From Octopus vulgaris (Eukaryota), in the NCBI GenBank assembly GCA_951406725.2, contig OX597824.1:11036001-11100000 (forward strand): DNA of 64,000 nucleotides, written 5' to 3'. The translations under genes were made by a program, and so were the position numbers. Positions within the stretch are counted from its first letter, which is position 1, and each line of letters begins with the position of its first letter. Positions 1-12,818 of the stretch are shown here, one piece after another. The notes beneath the pieces are model-generated. The model was given only the letters and a program-made list of their open reading frames with translations, was not told the DNA's origin and searched no databases.

Positions 1-130
1 AGAAGGGATGAACAAAGACACACAAACGGATTAAGTCGATTATATCGACCCCAGTGCGTAACTGGTACTTAATTTATCGACCCTGAAAGGATGAAAGGCA
101 AAGTCGACCTCGGCGGAATTTGAACTCAAG
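1..130 (-). mobile_element. SINE family A (tRNA-derived head, GTCGACTTTGCCTTTCATCCTTTCGGGGTCGA core), partial
   Basis: Reverse complement of the family A sequence that recurs more than 15 times in the window. Confidence 0.85.
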
Positions 131-618
131 CTTGTACATACTAACAACTGAACCTAGACTGAATATTCAATATTTTAGAAACTTCCACCCAAACCAATCG
201 CCAACCGTTACTACAGTTCCACATAAAATAAAAAAAATAAACACTAACTATATTGACCTCACTCATTCAACAAACCTTTTATGTTACCAACCCAGTGATT
301 TGTTAAGTGCAACATTTCCTTCAACATTAATAAAATAAATTATTAAATCTTATCAATGAAAATAAAAGAAAATAAAAGAACAATTAAAATAAAAAAGTTT
401 TTTTATCATTTTTTTTTTTAGATTAATTACAATCGCATAAGAAGTACCAATGGCATAAAGAAGGAGAACAGTGCTCGGTGCCTTTTTGAAAGCACTCAAG
501 AAGTCAAACTGGAAATCTGGCCTAGATGCTTACAATAAAATAGATTCTATTAAAAGGTACCCAAAGGCCAGGCAGTGGTGTTAAGTCAACCACTCAAGTG
601 TCTCAGGGTCTTTGTACT

Positions 619-980
619 AGTGGTTGTGTGGTAAGTAGCTTGCTTACCAACCACATGGTTCCAAGTTCAGTCCCACTGCGTGGCACCTTGCGCAAGTGTC
701 TTCAATTATATCTTCAGGCTGACCAAAGCCTTGTGAGTGGATTTGGTAGACGGAAACTGAAAGAAGTCCGTCGTATGTGTGTGTATGTTTGTGTGTCTGT
801 GTCCCCCAACCACCATCGCTTGACAACCAATGTTGGTGTGTTTGCATCCTCGTAACTTAGCAGTTCGTCAAAACAGACCGATAGATAAAGTACTAGGCTT
901 ACAAAGAATAAGTCCTAGGGTCAATATGTTCGACTAAAGGTGGTGCTCCAGCATGGCCGCAGTCAAATGACTGAAATGAA
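619..980 (+). mobile_element. SINE family B (CORE-like, internal (TG)n/(TA)n, AGTAAAAG-type tail)
   Basis: GTGGTTGTGTGGTAAGTAGC (A-box-like), GTTCAGTCCC (B-box-like), GGCACCTTG-GCAAGTG CORE-like motif; homologous to 40290-40710 and 41430-41862. Confidence 0.85.
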
Positions 981-1285
981 GAATATATACACAGAAGCTT
1001 TTTCCAGTTTCCATCTACCAAATCCACTCACAAGGCTTTGGTTGGCCCAAGGTTATTTGCCTAAGGTGGGACTGAACCCCAAACAGTGTGGTTGGGAAGC
1101 AACTTCACAGGCACACCTACATCTAAATTACTTTATGTTTAAAATAAATCACATTCATCCAACTACTTCATTAAGAATCATACGTGATTTATAAGCAGTC
1201 AACCAACCATGTATAATTAAGATACAGTTCTAATTACAACTATATATATATATATATATATATATCATCATCGTTTAACGTCCGT

Positions 1286-1341
<56 letters not shown>

Positions 1342-1496
1342 AATTACATATATATATATATATATATAATTACAGCTATATATATATATTGCTTTCTTAT
1401 CATCTGATGTTTCAACTATTTCTGTGTAGAATATTTTAACATAATCTTTAAGTATACAGCCTTTGATACATAGCTTTCACTATGACAACACAGATA

Positions 1497-1916
1497 CTCT
1501 CTCTCTTTACTCCTTTACTTGTTTCAGTCATTTGACTGAGGCCATGATGGAGCACCGCCTTTAGTCGAGCGAATCAACCCCAGGACTTATTGGATTAAGT
1601 CAACCACTCAACTGTCTCAGGGTCTTTGTACTAGTGGCTGTGTGGTAAGTAGCTTACCACACTAAGTTACGGGGCATAAACACACCAGCATCGGTTGTCA
1701 AGCGATGTTGGATGGGGGGGGGGGGACAAACACACACAAACACATATATATACATATATACGACGAGCTTCTTTCAGTTTCCGTCTACCAAATCCACACA
1801 CAAGGCTCTAGTCGGCCCGAGGCCATAGTGGAAGAGACTTGCCCAAGGTGCCACGCAGTGGGACTGAACCCGGAACTATGTGGTTGGTAAGCAAGCTACT
1901 TACCACACAGCCACGC
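1497..1916 (-). mobile_element. SINE family B with a templated internal insertion
   Basis: Full reverse-strand copy; 1595-1662 is replaced by a copy of 581-641 plus a short fold-back. Confidence 0.85.
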
Positions 1917-2067
1917 CTATATATTAGCATGAAAGTGCAATCTATCTATATTGTGAACTATGTTCTATGTATGATGCATGAACGCCTGAGAAATATACCG
2001 TGCATCACGTGATACAGAGGACAGACAAAAGGTTAAAATCACCATGGCAACTGTATAGTTCATATAT

Positions 2068-2290
2068 GAGCTGGCAAGACACGTTAGCATGCTGGGCGAA
2101 ATGCTTAGCGGTATTTCGTCTGTCATTACGTTCTGAGTTCAAATTCCGCCGAGGTCGACTTTGCCTTTCATCCTTTCGGGGTCGATAAATTAAGTACCAG
2201 TTTCGCACTGGGGTCGATGTAATTAACTTAATCCCTTTGTCTGTCCTTGTTTGTCCCCTGTGTTTAGCCCCTTGTGGGCAATAAAGAAAT
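2068..2290 (+). mobile_element. SINE family A, near full length
   Basis: GAGCTGGCA...TTAGCA head, GAGTTCAAATTCC B-box, core, 3' tail GCCCCTTGTGGGCAATAAAGAAAT. Confidence 0.9.
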
Positions 2291-5200
2291 GTATATATAT
2301 ATATATAAAGAAAATAACTGAATTGCCGCTATGTTTCAACAAGGACGAGATGAACACAGGTAGAACGTCTTTGATTATAGGTCTGGATAAGGGGCTGACC
2401 CGAGTTAAGCCAACATAGCTATTTTATTTTTAATCTCAAGGAGGTCATTTCTATGGAGAAGAAGATTCTAGCAGGACAATAGTTTACATAATGCGAAGAA
2501 AAGAGAACTTGACGATTTCTTAAATCTTCGATGAAAAGCTCCATGAGAGAGAAAAATCTTCACTCCAATCCTCCTCTCTTGAAAAACAATACAAATATCG
2601 ATTTTTTCTATTTATGTAGTATAAATCACTTCTTTGAAAAATAATCTCAAAGAAAAATGCACCAGTTCCGAAACTGATAGTTTGGTTTCAGATTTAACCT
2701 AGGATCAGCTCAAGTAACAAGCTATAGATAATACAGACACCATAAAATAGAATTGCCTAGCTTGTGTGTGTGTGTGTGTGTGTGTGTAGTGGTACCAGAA
2801 GGGAGGAGAGACAGACAAGAAATAACAGAGACTGCTTAGATAAAACAGAAAGAAGCTGATGGCTAATGTATTTGTGTACGAGTGAGTCTGAGAGTAACAT
2901 CCAGCACATGTGACATTATTTGTAAATGTCCGCTTTAAGCAGACGAGTTAAATTGAAGTAGCAGGTTGCTTGTGGAAAGAGAGAGAGAGAGAAATCAATA
3001 AATAACTTCGCTACTGAAGTTTGTGTGACAATTGACAGGGTAAGAAGAATAAGTTCCCGACAAGCCAACAGTACGCGATTTATCGGTAGCTGATTGATTG
3101 TAACCATTCTACTTCAAGCAAGACAATAATTACCTTGTAAAAAAACACCAAGAGATGCCACCCCACCACACAATCCCTCAGTTCCTGTTCCCTAATTAAA
3201 AAAAAAAAATTTAAAAACCTCGAAAGAACGTTGAGGTTTCTATCAGTTAGAAATAGCAACCAAATCTTTAATTCACATTTTCTCTCTCTCTCTTTAAATG
3301 GAAAAGGCACATTAGATAACACAATCATAGAAGTATGTCAGAATATAGGACAGGATGGTCACGGATAAATCGCTTTTGATCATAGATCACGGTTGAACTG
3401 GTACTGAACAGCGACAAACTAAAAGCTTAGCCTGGCAACAAATTCAAGGCTTGACCTTTGTTGAAAATCAATAATAAGAGCAGAGGTAAGTTCCTGTGAC
3501 CTGGTTTTGATTTTCGCTCGATACTAAGCCATAATCCGTGTCCTAAATGCTACTATAAACAATATGAATGCCTTCACTTCGAACTCCCAGTCTTCTTAAC
3601 GTGTCATACGTTGTACCAATGTCAGGAAGCGACGAGGAGCAGAGCGGAAAGCACTACCAATCTGTGGTGACATGCTTTTCCTCGACACCACGGGGCCACC
3701 GATGTAATTACCTAGGTGTTACCCAACTAAACAGGTATATTGGGTGGGTACACAGTAACCAACTGAATCCTCTACTCAGCTGCTGTAGTGGTAGTAAATT
3801 AAAAGAAGGAAACAAGCCGTTACTAAATATTCAGGGTTAATTAGCACACTCGGAAATTGGAAGGCTACTATATAACTATGATTATTATGAAAATTCTTAT
3901 TCTACATGAGCTCATAAAATACAAATGCAGTTACATATCTACATGTTTACATGAATTAATATAATGCTAGCGAACCGAACATGAACATGCAGGGAAGTAA
4001 ATAAATCTCCAATGTATATTTACATAAATACACTTTTACATAACCACATCTATATTAATATTATACACACATACATGTAAGTCTACACATGCATGCACAC
4101 TGACAGAAGCACATATACACACACTCTTGGGTGGGTCATTGTCATTACGAAACCCGCATTGGTTCTATTTCACATCTTTTTTTAGCAATAAAAAGACAAC
4201 TAGACAACAGTGCAGGTTTCTTATTGCGCCCGTGTGTAGCTAATATAAAGAAAAATGCGAAAATACTCATACTATGAAAATGTGAAGTTGAGAGAAAAAT
4301 AAACCAAAGATTTTTTTAATTATTTATATTTATTTATTTGATTTTTAATCAGTAAGACTGGCGTGAGAGATTGTCCTTGACACCACCAAAAGCAGCTGAG
4401 GTGTAAAGGTTGTAAGCAGAAGAGGAACTGTCAGTTATAATTAGCTGTACTAACATCACAACTGTCCCAAAACCGGTTAGGAAAGGTCTACATAACAACA
4501 CACACACAATGGAATTGTGTGTGCGTGAGATGACAGACTGGGTGTATGTATGTATGTATGTATGTATGTGGATGTATGGTTGGGTGTAGTAATAATGTTA
4601 TTTTATGTTCAGTGTGATTGAATGTCGAGGAAGTGTGAGTTAAAAGCATGGCTGTGTGATTTTAAATAATCATTATACATAAGGTTCCGTGTGGTTCTAT
4701 ATTGTAGTTGTGCGAGATTGTACGAATATATGTGAATATGAAGTTGTGAGTAAATATCAATGAAATTATGTATTTAAGTATGATATGTACATATAAGTGT
4801 GTGAGCGCGCGCGTGCGTGTGTGTGTGTGAGCGCGCGCGTGTGTGTGTGTGTGCGTGTGTAGGTTTAGGAGAATACTAAACAGTGTTATGATCAGGTGCG
4901 ACTCTTCCCAATGTTTTAACACAGTAATACATATGTGGCCTATGTTTAATTATTAAACGAAACGAGCAAACTTAAAAATAAAACCTCAAGATTAGCCGAA
5001 GTAAAAAAAAAAATTAATTACTTAAGGCACCCAGATTTTTTCCAAGTCGTTCAGTTTAATTCATTCTAAAACATTGTTGAACTAGTAGACGACTCTAAAT
5101 ACCACCAACCACTGTAAACTTCCATTTAAATAGTAAAACTGCCAGTTTAAATCAATATCCACGTCGAACAGCGATATCAGTGTGAATGTACAGAATTTAA

Positions 5201-8200
5201 TTCTAAATGTTTCTAATTATAATTAAACGGTTACCAGTTTTAATTGAAACTGATGGAAAGAATACTCATACAAACAATAACCGCCAAATAACAGGAAGCA
5301 AGTTTCAATGTTTGAATTAGTTCTGAAACCCAAACAAGATAGATAGTTTCTAGGTTGTCGACTCGACCTGCTAGAAATAACAACTCAATCTCCATTATAT
5401 CGCTCTCTATGGTTAACAAAAGAAAAAAGACGGATACATTATGAGATTGTACGATTATATATATGAATACATTATGTCTGAGTGAAGGGAGTAGTCACGA
5501 CTGGAACGTTTTCTGATCATGGGTCTGCTTGAGTGGTGAAATATACTATACTTGTGACTAGCCAGGGATTAAGACCGAGGTAAATGTGTTTCGGGTGTCG
5601 TGAAATGAATGAGTAAAGGGTCAATTTGAGGTTAATATATTAGTAATTAGGGATTAAGATCGAACTATCGCACAATAATTTTATAAACTGGTCGTCAAGA
5701 TTGATTTTTGGATAAGAGAGAGAGCAAATAATTACATACAGCAGTAATAAGAGATCAGGTATCGACATTTTCCGAATTGAACACGTGTTTATTACAAACA
5801 GTAATTATGTATGATTATGTGCGTGAAGGAGATGGATTCGTTGAGTGAAATGAACACTTTCCGCAGTCCGCCGGCTTTAAATTACCGGTTTCCTAAATGT
5901 AAACATAGAAATAAGGTGGCATGTTTAAAGGAGGGAAAGAAGACCACCATGTCCGAATCTCGATGCCTGAAACACCCAATACAAAGAAGATTCCTCTACA
6001 AAGTGGCTGTAAATTTGTCTCTGGATTAACGGATAAATCGTGCAGGTGGAATAATCTGTATTTTTGTGGCGGGAATAAGAGATGATGAGAAAAAAATGGG
6101 TCAGAATACTTGAATTATGTATCATAAAATCACACACGCAATGTAAATGTTAAAAAAAATATTTTTTTAAAAAATAGGTGAAAATGTAAAATAAATATTT
6201 ACCCGTTGGTCGACAGGGACGGTATTTCTCTTCCGTCGTAGGTTAGGAGAGCGAAGGACTTTTCTAGAGATGCTAGGTTTATCCATAGTGCATTGAATCA
6301 AGTGACCTGGTCAATTCAATTAGCCACAAGTCATAGGGTTGACCAAAACTTGCTCATCGACTTTCTGCCACCCTTCAACCACTTGGCTTCTCTTATGTTG
6401 ACAGCAGTATTAAGTCTGTCAATGGCTTCACTACAAAGCGACGAGTATTTCGCATAAATAGGAAAAGTAATGAAATAAACTTTGCTTCTTTCTCTTTGGT
6501 CGAAGTTTTAAAACTGCTTATTTTATATCTGACATCTTGAGACTTCGTTTTCGGAGGGATTATGTGTGTGTGGTTCCTTTTTCCCTCATTAGCGAGTACC
6601 AATGGAAATCATAAACAAGACAGTGGCGAAGAGGCCCTGCAATGAGAGAAAGGGAGCTGTGTAGTCATTTATTTATTGTACACACGGTTGCCCTCCTCTT
6701 TTTCTTCTTCTTCTTACTGTTCAAAGTCGGCAGTGGTGCAGATGATACTGCCATTATTCAAACGTTTAAATATCCTTCTTGCTTATTTCACTTCCCCCAT
6801 ACATGAGTCTTTCTTTTGGGTTTCTTCACCTTTTTTTTCCCCCTTCTTTCCTGCTTCTCTGTTGGCAAAACAACAACAGAATTAGAGAGGCGGGGGTTAG
6901 ATTAAACTAACACTATGTGCGTATTTACGTGCACCCGTGCCTCTCAGTAGAGACAACACATGGAAGAGAGAGAGTGTATATAAAACCCATATTGCTGTCT
7001 CGTGCTGCTCTGTATATATCTGTGTATGTGTGTGTGTACGTAATGCGATTAGAGAGGGGGAGGGGTAGAGCACTGCTAACACCTTACCTCTCCTCCTCCT
7101 TCCTTACATACCATACACGGCGACCGACTGCTTTAACGAACGAACGATTTCATTGGTTTCGCAGTCTTGACTCGCTTTCTTTCACTATTCCACATGTGTC
7201 TGTCTTTTTCTAAAAGTCTGCTACAGAATGGAGAGATTTCTCATCAGACATAAGAAAAATCGATACTAAAATGACAACACCTATCTGTTGAGGGTATCTT
7301 CGGGATAGAATCGGTGTATTCACATACGCACACACGCGCATTGTAATTTTATAGTATAGACTCCAAAAAAAAAAACTCTTCGAATTTATATGTTTTAAGA
7401 ATTAGAATTCTTGATTCTGCAAAAAGAAAATTTTTTCCGAAATTCGAATTTTTAGAAAACCAATTCCATGTATGCACGCTATATAAAATCGTACACACGC
7501 ACACTCACAGGCGTATGATAACCCTGTAGAATAGAGTCGGAAATACTTTATTTCACCAGAGACCGTAATTTTTTTGAATTTGAGTTAGAGTTAATGATTC
7601 TGCAATAACTAAAATTTTCGCGAAAATTTAAATTTTTTTTCTCCTTCACCATCCTCTTCCACATTTCCCTAATTTTTTAATTTTTGACCTTCGAAAAAAA
7701 TTTCTGATCTGTTTAAAACATTATGTATGAATCTACCTTCGCCAAATAAAAAAAAACTAAAAATTAAATTTGAAAAAAATAAAAAAACAATTTCATTTTT
7801 CTCAATTCTTGTTTTCCTCTCTTTTTTCCATAACTTCTTTGTTTTGTTTTGTTTTTTTTTGGGGTGGGGGTACTTCTTTTTCGTAATCATTTTCTGCTTT
7901 ACTAAGGATCAAAGATTATGATTATGGAAAAATTAAATTTTCACAATTTCAATTATTTGGCGGAGTTTCGTTTCGAAATTTTTTTTTTTTAATCTTTCAC
8001 AGAAGTGTAAAAGGAGGCAAAATATTTTTTTCAATCAAATTTCGAACGCTATTCTTCAGAGAAGTATTCCCTCTTTTCTTTTTTTTTCTTTTGCTTTTAG
8101 ACAAATCGTAATCTCAAATATTTCAAATATACAAATCCAAAGAAATTAATCATTTTTGCAGAACTCGATAGTTCCTAACTATGTTCTACTAGATTACTCC

Positions 8201-8221
8201 GACAGAGAGATAGATAGATAA

Positions 8222-8428
8222 GTTTCTTTATTGGCCACACAGGGCTGCACACAGATGGGACAAGTTACAAGGTAGAGCTTTTCTTTTGGGGGATGAAAAA
8301 AACAAAAAACAAAAGAAACAAAAAAAAGGGGGTGGCGTAGGTTTTCGATCAAGAGGGATCGTAAAAGGGAAGAAAAGAAAGAAAAAAAGATAAATAAATA
8401 GAATAAGAAATAAAAAAATTAAAATAAA
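8222..8428 (-). mobile_element. Putative LINE 3' terminal fragment inserted in (GATA)n
   Basis: Minus strand ends TTGTCCCATCTGTGTGCAGCCCTGTGTGGCCAATAAAGAAAC, homologous to the SINE A tail but with unrelated upstream sequence; GATA repeats on both sides. Confidence 0.5.
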
Positions 8429-8779
<351 letters not shown>

Positions 8780-9065
8780 ATGGCTTCAGTTTGCGATAGA
8801 TTTTGAAATTTTTAAAAGAAATACCTGACAACTGCTATTTTAAAGAGTTGTCCACCTCTACTTTTCAAACGTCTTATCGTTTGATAGATAAGCGTTCTGT
8901 CGCTATTTATTGTAGGTGGAGATGGCTTTTGCGACAGAAAAGTGAAAAGGAAAAGCGGTAATGGCGGCGGCGGTGGTGATGGTGGTGAATGGTGGCGGTG
9001 GTTAAGGCGATACAGAATGGAGGGATAGAACAGCTGACGCATGATTAAGACAGTGTGAGGGTAAT

Positions 9066-9768
9066 AAGAAGAAGAAGAAGAAGATGAATTATGAAGAAGA
9101 AGAATGAAGAAGAAGAAGAAGAAGAAGATGAATTATGAAGAAGAAGAATGAAGAAGAAGAAGTATGAAGAAGAAAAATGAAGAAGAATGAAGAAGAAGAA
9201 TGAAGAAAGAAGAAAGAAGAAGAATGAAGAAGAAGAAGAAGAAGAAGAAGAAGAATGAGGAAGAATGAAGAAGAAAAACGAAGAAGAAGAAAAATGAAGA
9301 AGAAGAAAAAGAATGAAGAAGAAGAATGAAGAAGAAGAAGAAGAAGAAGAAGAAGAAGAATGAAGAAGAAAAATGAAGAAGAATGAAGAAGAAAAATGAA
9401 GAAGAAGAATGAAGAAGAAAGAAGAAAGAAGAATAATGAAGAAGAAGAAGAAGAAGAAGAAGAATGAGGAAGAAGAATGAAGAAGAAGAATGAAGAAGAA
9501 GAAGAATGAAGAAGAAGAAGAAGAAGAAGAAGAAGAAGAAGAATGAAGAAGAAGAATGAAGAAGAAGAAGAAGAATGAAGAAGAAGAATGAAGAAGAAGA
9601 ATGAAGAAGAATAAGAAGAATGAAGAAGAAGAATGCAGAAGAAGAAGAAGAAGAAGAAGAAGAAGAAGAATGAAGAAGAAGAATGAAGAAGAAGAAGAAG
9701 AAGAAGAAGAAGAAGAAGAAGAAGAAGAATGAAGAAGAAGAAGAAGAAGAATGAAGAAGAAGAAGAAG
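9066..9768. repeat. ~700-bp (GAA)n tract punctuated by GAAT
   Basis: Directly visible. Confidence 0.97.
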
Positions 9769-9999
9769 ACAAATGGTGATAATGGAAATAGTAATGAGGA
9801 TGATGATGAATGACAACGATGATAATGTTGATGGCGTCGATGAAAATGAGTTGCTCAACAGAGAAAAGAAGATTTGAGAGATAAAGACAAATAAAGAATA
9901 ATTTTATAAAAAGAAAGGTCGACAGAACGGGAAGATGGAGAGATTCCGAAAGAGAAGTGTGAAGGCTGAGTGTATGACAGATAATTTGGTGAGATAAAG

Positions 10000-10262
10000 A
10001 GAGGGGGGGAAGAGGAGACAGAGAGACTGGTAGAGGAGAAAGTGAGAGGGGTAGAGGAGAAAGAGAAACGGGTAGAGGAGACAGAGAGAGGAGACAGAGA
10101 GACTGGTAGAGGAGAAAGAGAGAGGGGAAAGAGGAGAAAGAGAGACGGGGTAGAGGAGAAAGAGACGAGGTAAAAGAGAAAGAGAGACTGGTAGAGGAGA
10201 AGGAGAGAGGGGTAGAGGGGTAGAGGAGAAAGAGAGAGGGAAAAGAGGAGAAAGAGGAGGGG
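10000..10262. repeat. Purine-rich minisatellite, unit ~GGTAGAGGAGAAAGAGAGA
   Basis: GGTAGAGGAG motif repeated with ~20-bp spacing. Confidence 0.8.
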
Positions 10263-10682
10263 AACAAGACAGTGAAAGAGGGATGGGGAGGAAGTCAGAG
10301 AATAAAAGACGGAGAGAGAAAAAACGCAACATGTCACTTGTCCGTCCTTTACGATGTGTGTGTGTGTATGTGTGACACGGTGCGTATGTATTTGTGTGTG
10401 CGTACATGCATATCTGTGAGTAAGAGACAGACAGGTAAATAAATGAATAAAACAACAAAACAAAACGAAAAGTAAAAAAAAGAAAGGCTGATTGAAAAGA
10501 AATGAAAAAAATATTGCGTAAGATTTTATTCAAAAGATTATATACTGTTTGTATAAACTGACGGCGTCTTTCTTTTTCTTTGTGAGTGTGTGATGGTGGG
10601 GGATGTTTTGAACATTTGCTAGAAAAACTTTAAACTTTTTCTATGCGAAATTTAAATACAGTGAACATATTCTGTCGCCCCT

Positions 10683-11385
10683 TTTCAAGCCTAGCCAGGC
10701 TCATGGGCCCGGTTTCCAGGTTTCTGTGGCGTATGTGTCCCCTCCCCCAGCTGGACGGGACGCCAGTCCATCACAGCGATACTCAAGAAACAGGAAGAAA
10801 GAGAGAAAGTTGAGGCGAAAGAGTACAACAGGGGTCACCACCCCACCTCCCCCACATGGTTTGGATAAACATTATTTTTTTATACACCCATTTCAAGCCT
10901 AGCCAGGCTCATGGGCCCGGTTTCCCGGTTTCTGTGGCATATGTGTCCCCCCACCACTATCAGCTGGACGGGATGCCAGTCCATCGCAGCGTTACTCAAG
11001 AAACAGGAAGAGAGAGTGAGAGAAGTGGTTGTATACTGTCAACTTAATGTGACAGTCCTGTGAGGGAATTACACCACCGCTGTTTAGCCCTAGGAAGCAT
11101 CGACGCTTCCTGTCGGCCTTGACACATTTCCTGTGTCCTTATATATTTACGAAGGGGAGACAAACACTCCCAACAGCTAGGCCTGCATCTAGAGACACGC
11201 ATGTTTCAGGGTCTTTGCCCGTAGCGAAAGAGTACAACAGGGGTCGTCACCACCCCTGCCGGAGCCTCGCGGAGCTTTTTGGTATTTTCGCTCAATAAAT
11301 ACACACAACGCCCGGTCTGGGAATCGAAATCGCGATCCTCCGACCGCGAGTCCGCTGCCCTAACCACTGGGCCATTGCGCCTCCA
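10683..11385 (-). mobile_element. Two SINE family C copies (tRNA-derived head with a TCG anticodon-like loop); the second is interrupted at 11031-11221
   Basis: Minus-strand head GGAGGCGCAATGGCCCAGTGGTTAGGGCAGCGGACTCGCGG...TTCGATTCCC; duplicated tails starting at 10683 and 10892. Confidence 0.85.
11031..11221 (-). mobile_element. 5'-truncated hammerhead-bearing Penelope/retrozyme-like fragment
   Basis: Minus strand reads C-GGG-CAAAGA-CCC-T-GAAAC-ATGCGT-GTC (stem II, core, stem III), followed by a hairpin series collinear with 57519-57683; it splits a SINE C copy. Confidence 0.7.
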
Positions 11386-11584
11386 CATATAGTGAACAAG
11401 ACCGGCAATTTCGTGGGAAGAGATACTTATTTTATCGAACTCGAAAGGAGGAAAGGCAAAGTCGACCTCCGTCGCGTTTGAACTAAGCATTTTGTCCGGC
11501 ACGGTAACGATTCTGCCAGTTCACCGCCTTCTGTGAACTTAGGACATTGAAATAGAATTGATGGATCGCACACACATATATATA

Positions 11585-11799
11585 TTCCTTCTCGAGCCAT
11601 GCCAAGCTCATAAGGGAAATTCTCCACCTGGACGGGACGCCGGTCCGTCTCTGGATTATTCATTTTTGCTAGCTGAGTGGACTGGAACAACGTGAAATGA
11701 AGTATTTTGCTCAAGAACACAACGCATCGTCCGGTCCAGGAATCGAAACCACAATCTTACGATCATGAGTTCGACACCCTAACAACTAAGCCACGCGCC
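11585..11799 (-). mobile_element. SINE family D (tRNA head + CORE-like segment)
   Basis: GGCGCGTGGCTTAGTTGTTAGGGTGTCGAACTC...GGTTTCGATTCCTGG...GTTGTGTTCTTGAGCAAAATACTT; relatives at 25040, 29205 and 34400. Confidence 0.85.
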
Positions 11800-12539
11800 T
11801 ACATATTCTTAACAACGAGGATTGTTTGTTGTTGAATTTTATAAAATTTCGAGAACTGAAATCATTCTTTATTGAAACAGTGGATCTCGAAGCACATAAA
11901 GCAATAAATAATAACATGTGAAGTTTCTAAAATGGATGGAAACATTCGAAGGATTGGTTTGGTCCAAAGGTAGAACACCTGTCATGTCTACATGTGATCT
12001 GAGTTCGAGACTTACGGATAACCTTCGACTTTTTCTATCCAAAAGGTTTCTCAGCCCATTATTTATAGCTTTATGTTCTTCGAAATCTACGGTTCCAAAA
12101 AATTATATATATACGGCTCAAGCAATCAAAAGAGACGGCTTCCAATGAACTAAGCATCTACCGGAGATCCTTTAGTCGACTTATATAATTCGTTTAGGTT
12201 TTAAAAAGAAATAGAGAAAGAAAAGAACATTCCACTCTTATTAAACAACTGTACAGCTGCGTTTGCCAGATAAATTCGTTCCTTTCTTTCTTTCTTTCTT
12301 TTTCAATGGAAGATGAAGACTAATTCTATCTTCCCTGCTCTAGTCAGTCGAAGTCTACGGGCTAAGAGGCGAAATACTTGTGACCCTGAGATACCTGCTG
12401 ATGAAATGAAAATGCTTCCAACATCGCAATAGATTTAAAAGAAGAGTTGTCAAAACCCCAGAGTAACTCCTGCAGTTTTGTGTTGGGCAAAGCATCTCCG
12501 ATGTTTATTTCATCTATAATCCTTATTTTTGATCAACAA

Positions 12540-12780
12540 TTTTAACCAATTATATATTCTCCTTCATTATTTACTACTTCTTGCCAACGTTCCACTTGCG
12601 TGTCAATGCCTTAACGGTAGAAATCACAGGCTCTGACTCGAAGAATTCAACGTGCCATGTTTTCAGTTCCATGTCTTTGGTGAACGAAACGCCTCTCAGG
12701 CTATTGGAGAACGACCGAAAAAGGTGGGAATCTGAAGGTGCTATATCAGGAGAATACGATGAGTGCGGCAGAACTCACCA
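12540..12780 (-). pseudogene. Mariner transposase C-terminal fossil
   Basis: Minus strand translates to W*VLPHSSYSPDIAPSDSHLFRSFSNSLRGVSF..., the YSPDLAPSD motif of mariner transposases. Confidence 0.85.
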
Positions 12781-12818
12781 ACCGAATACCATTTTTGGTC
12801 AAATTAGCGTCGTGTGGA

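Noticed and set aside
3708-3759. Possible pre-miRNA hairpin (ACCCAA/TTGGGT)
   Set aside because: Only a short continuous stem with large bulges; no recognised mature miRNA.
9089-10533. Long ORFs (392, 241, 209 and 202 aa)
   Set aside because: They are translations of GAA and GA-rich repeats that lack stop codons on one strand; no domain content.
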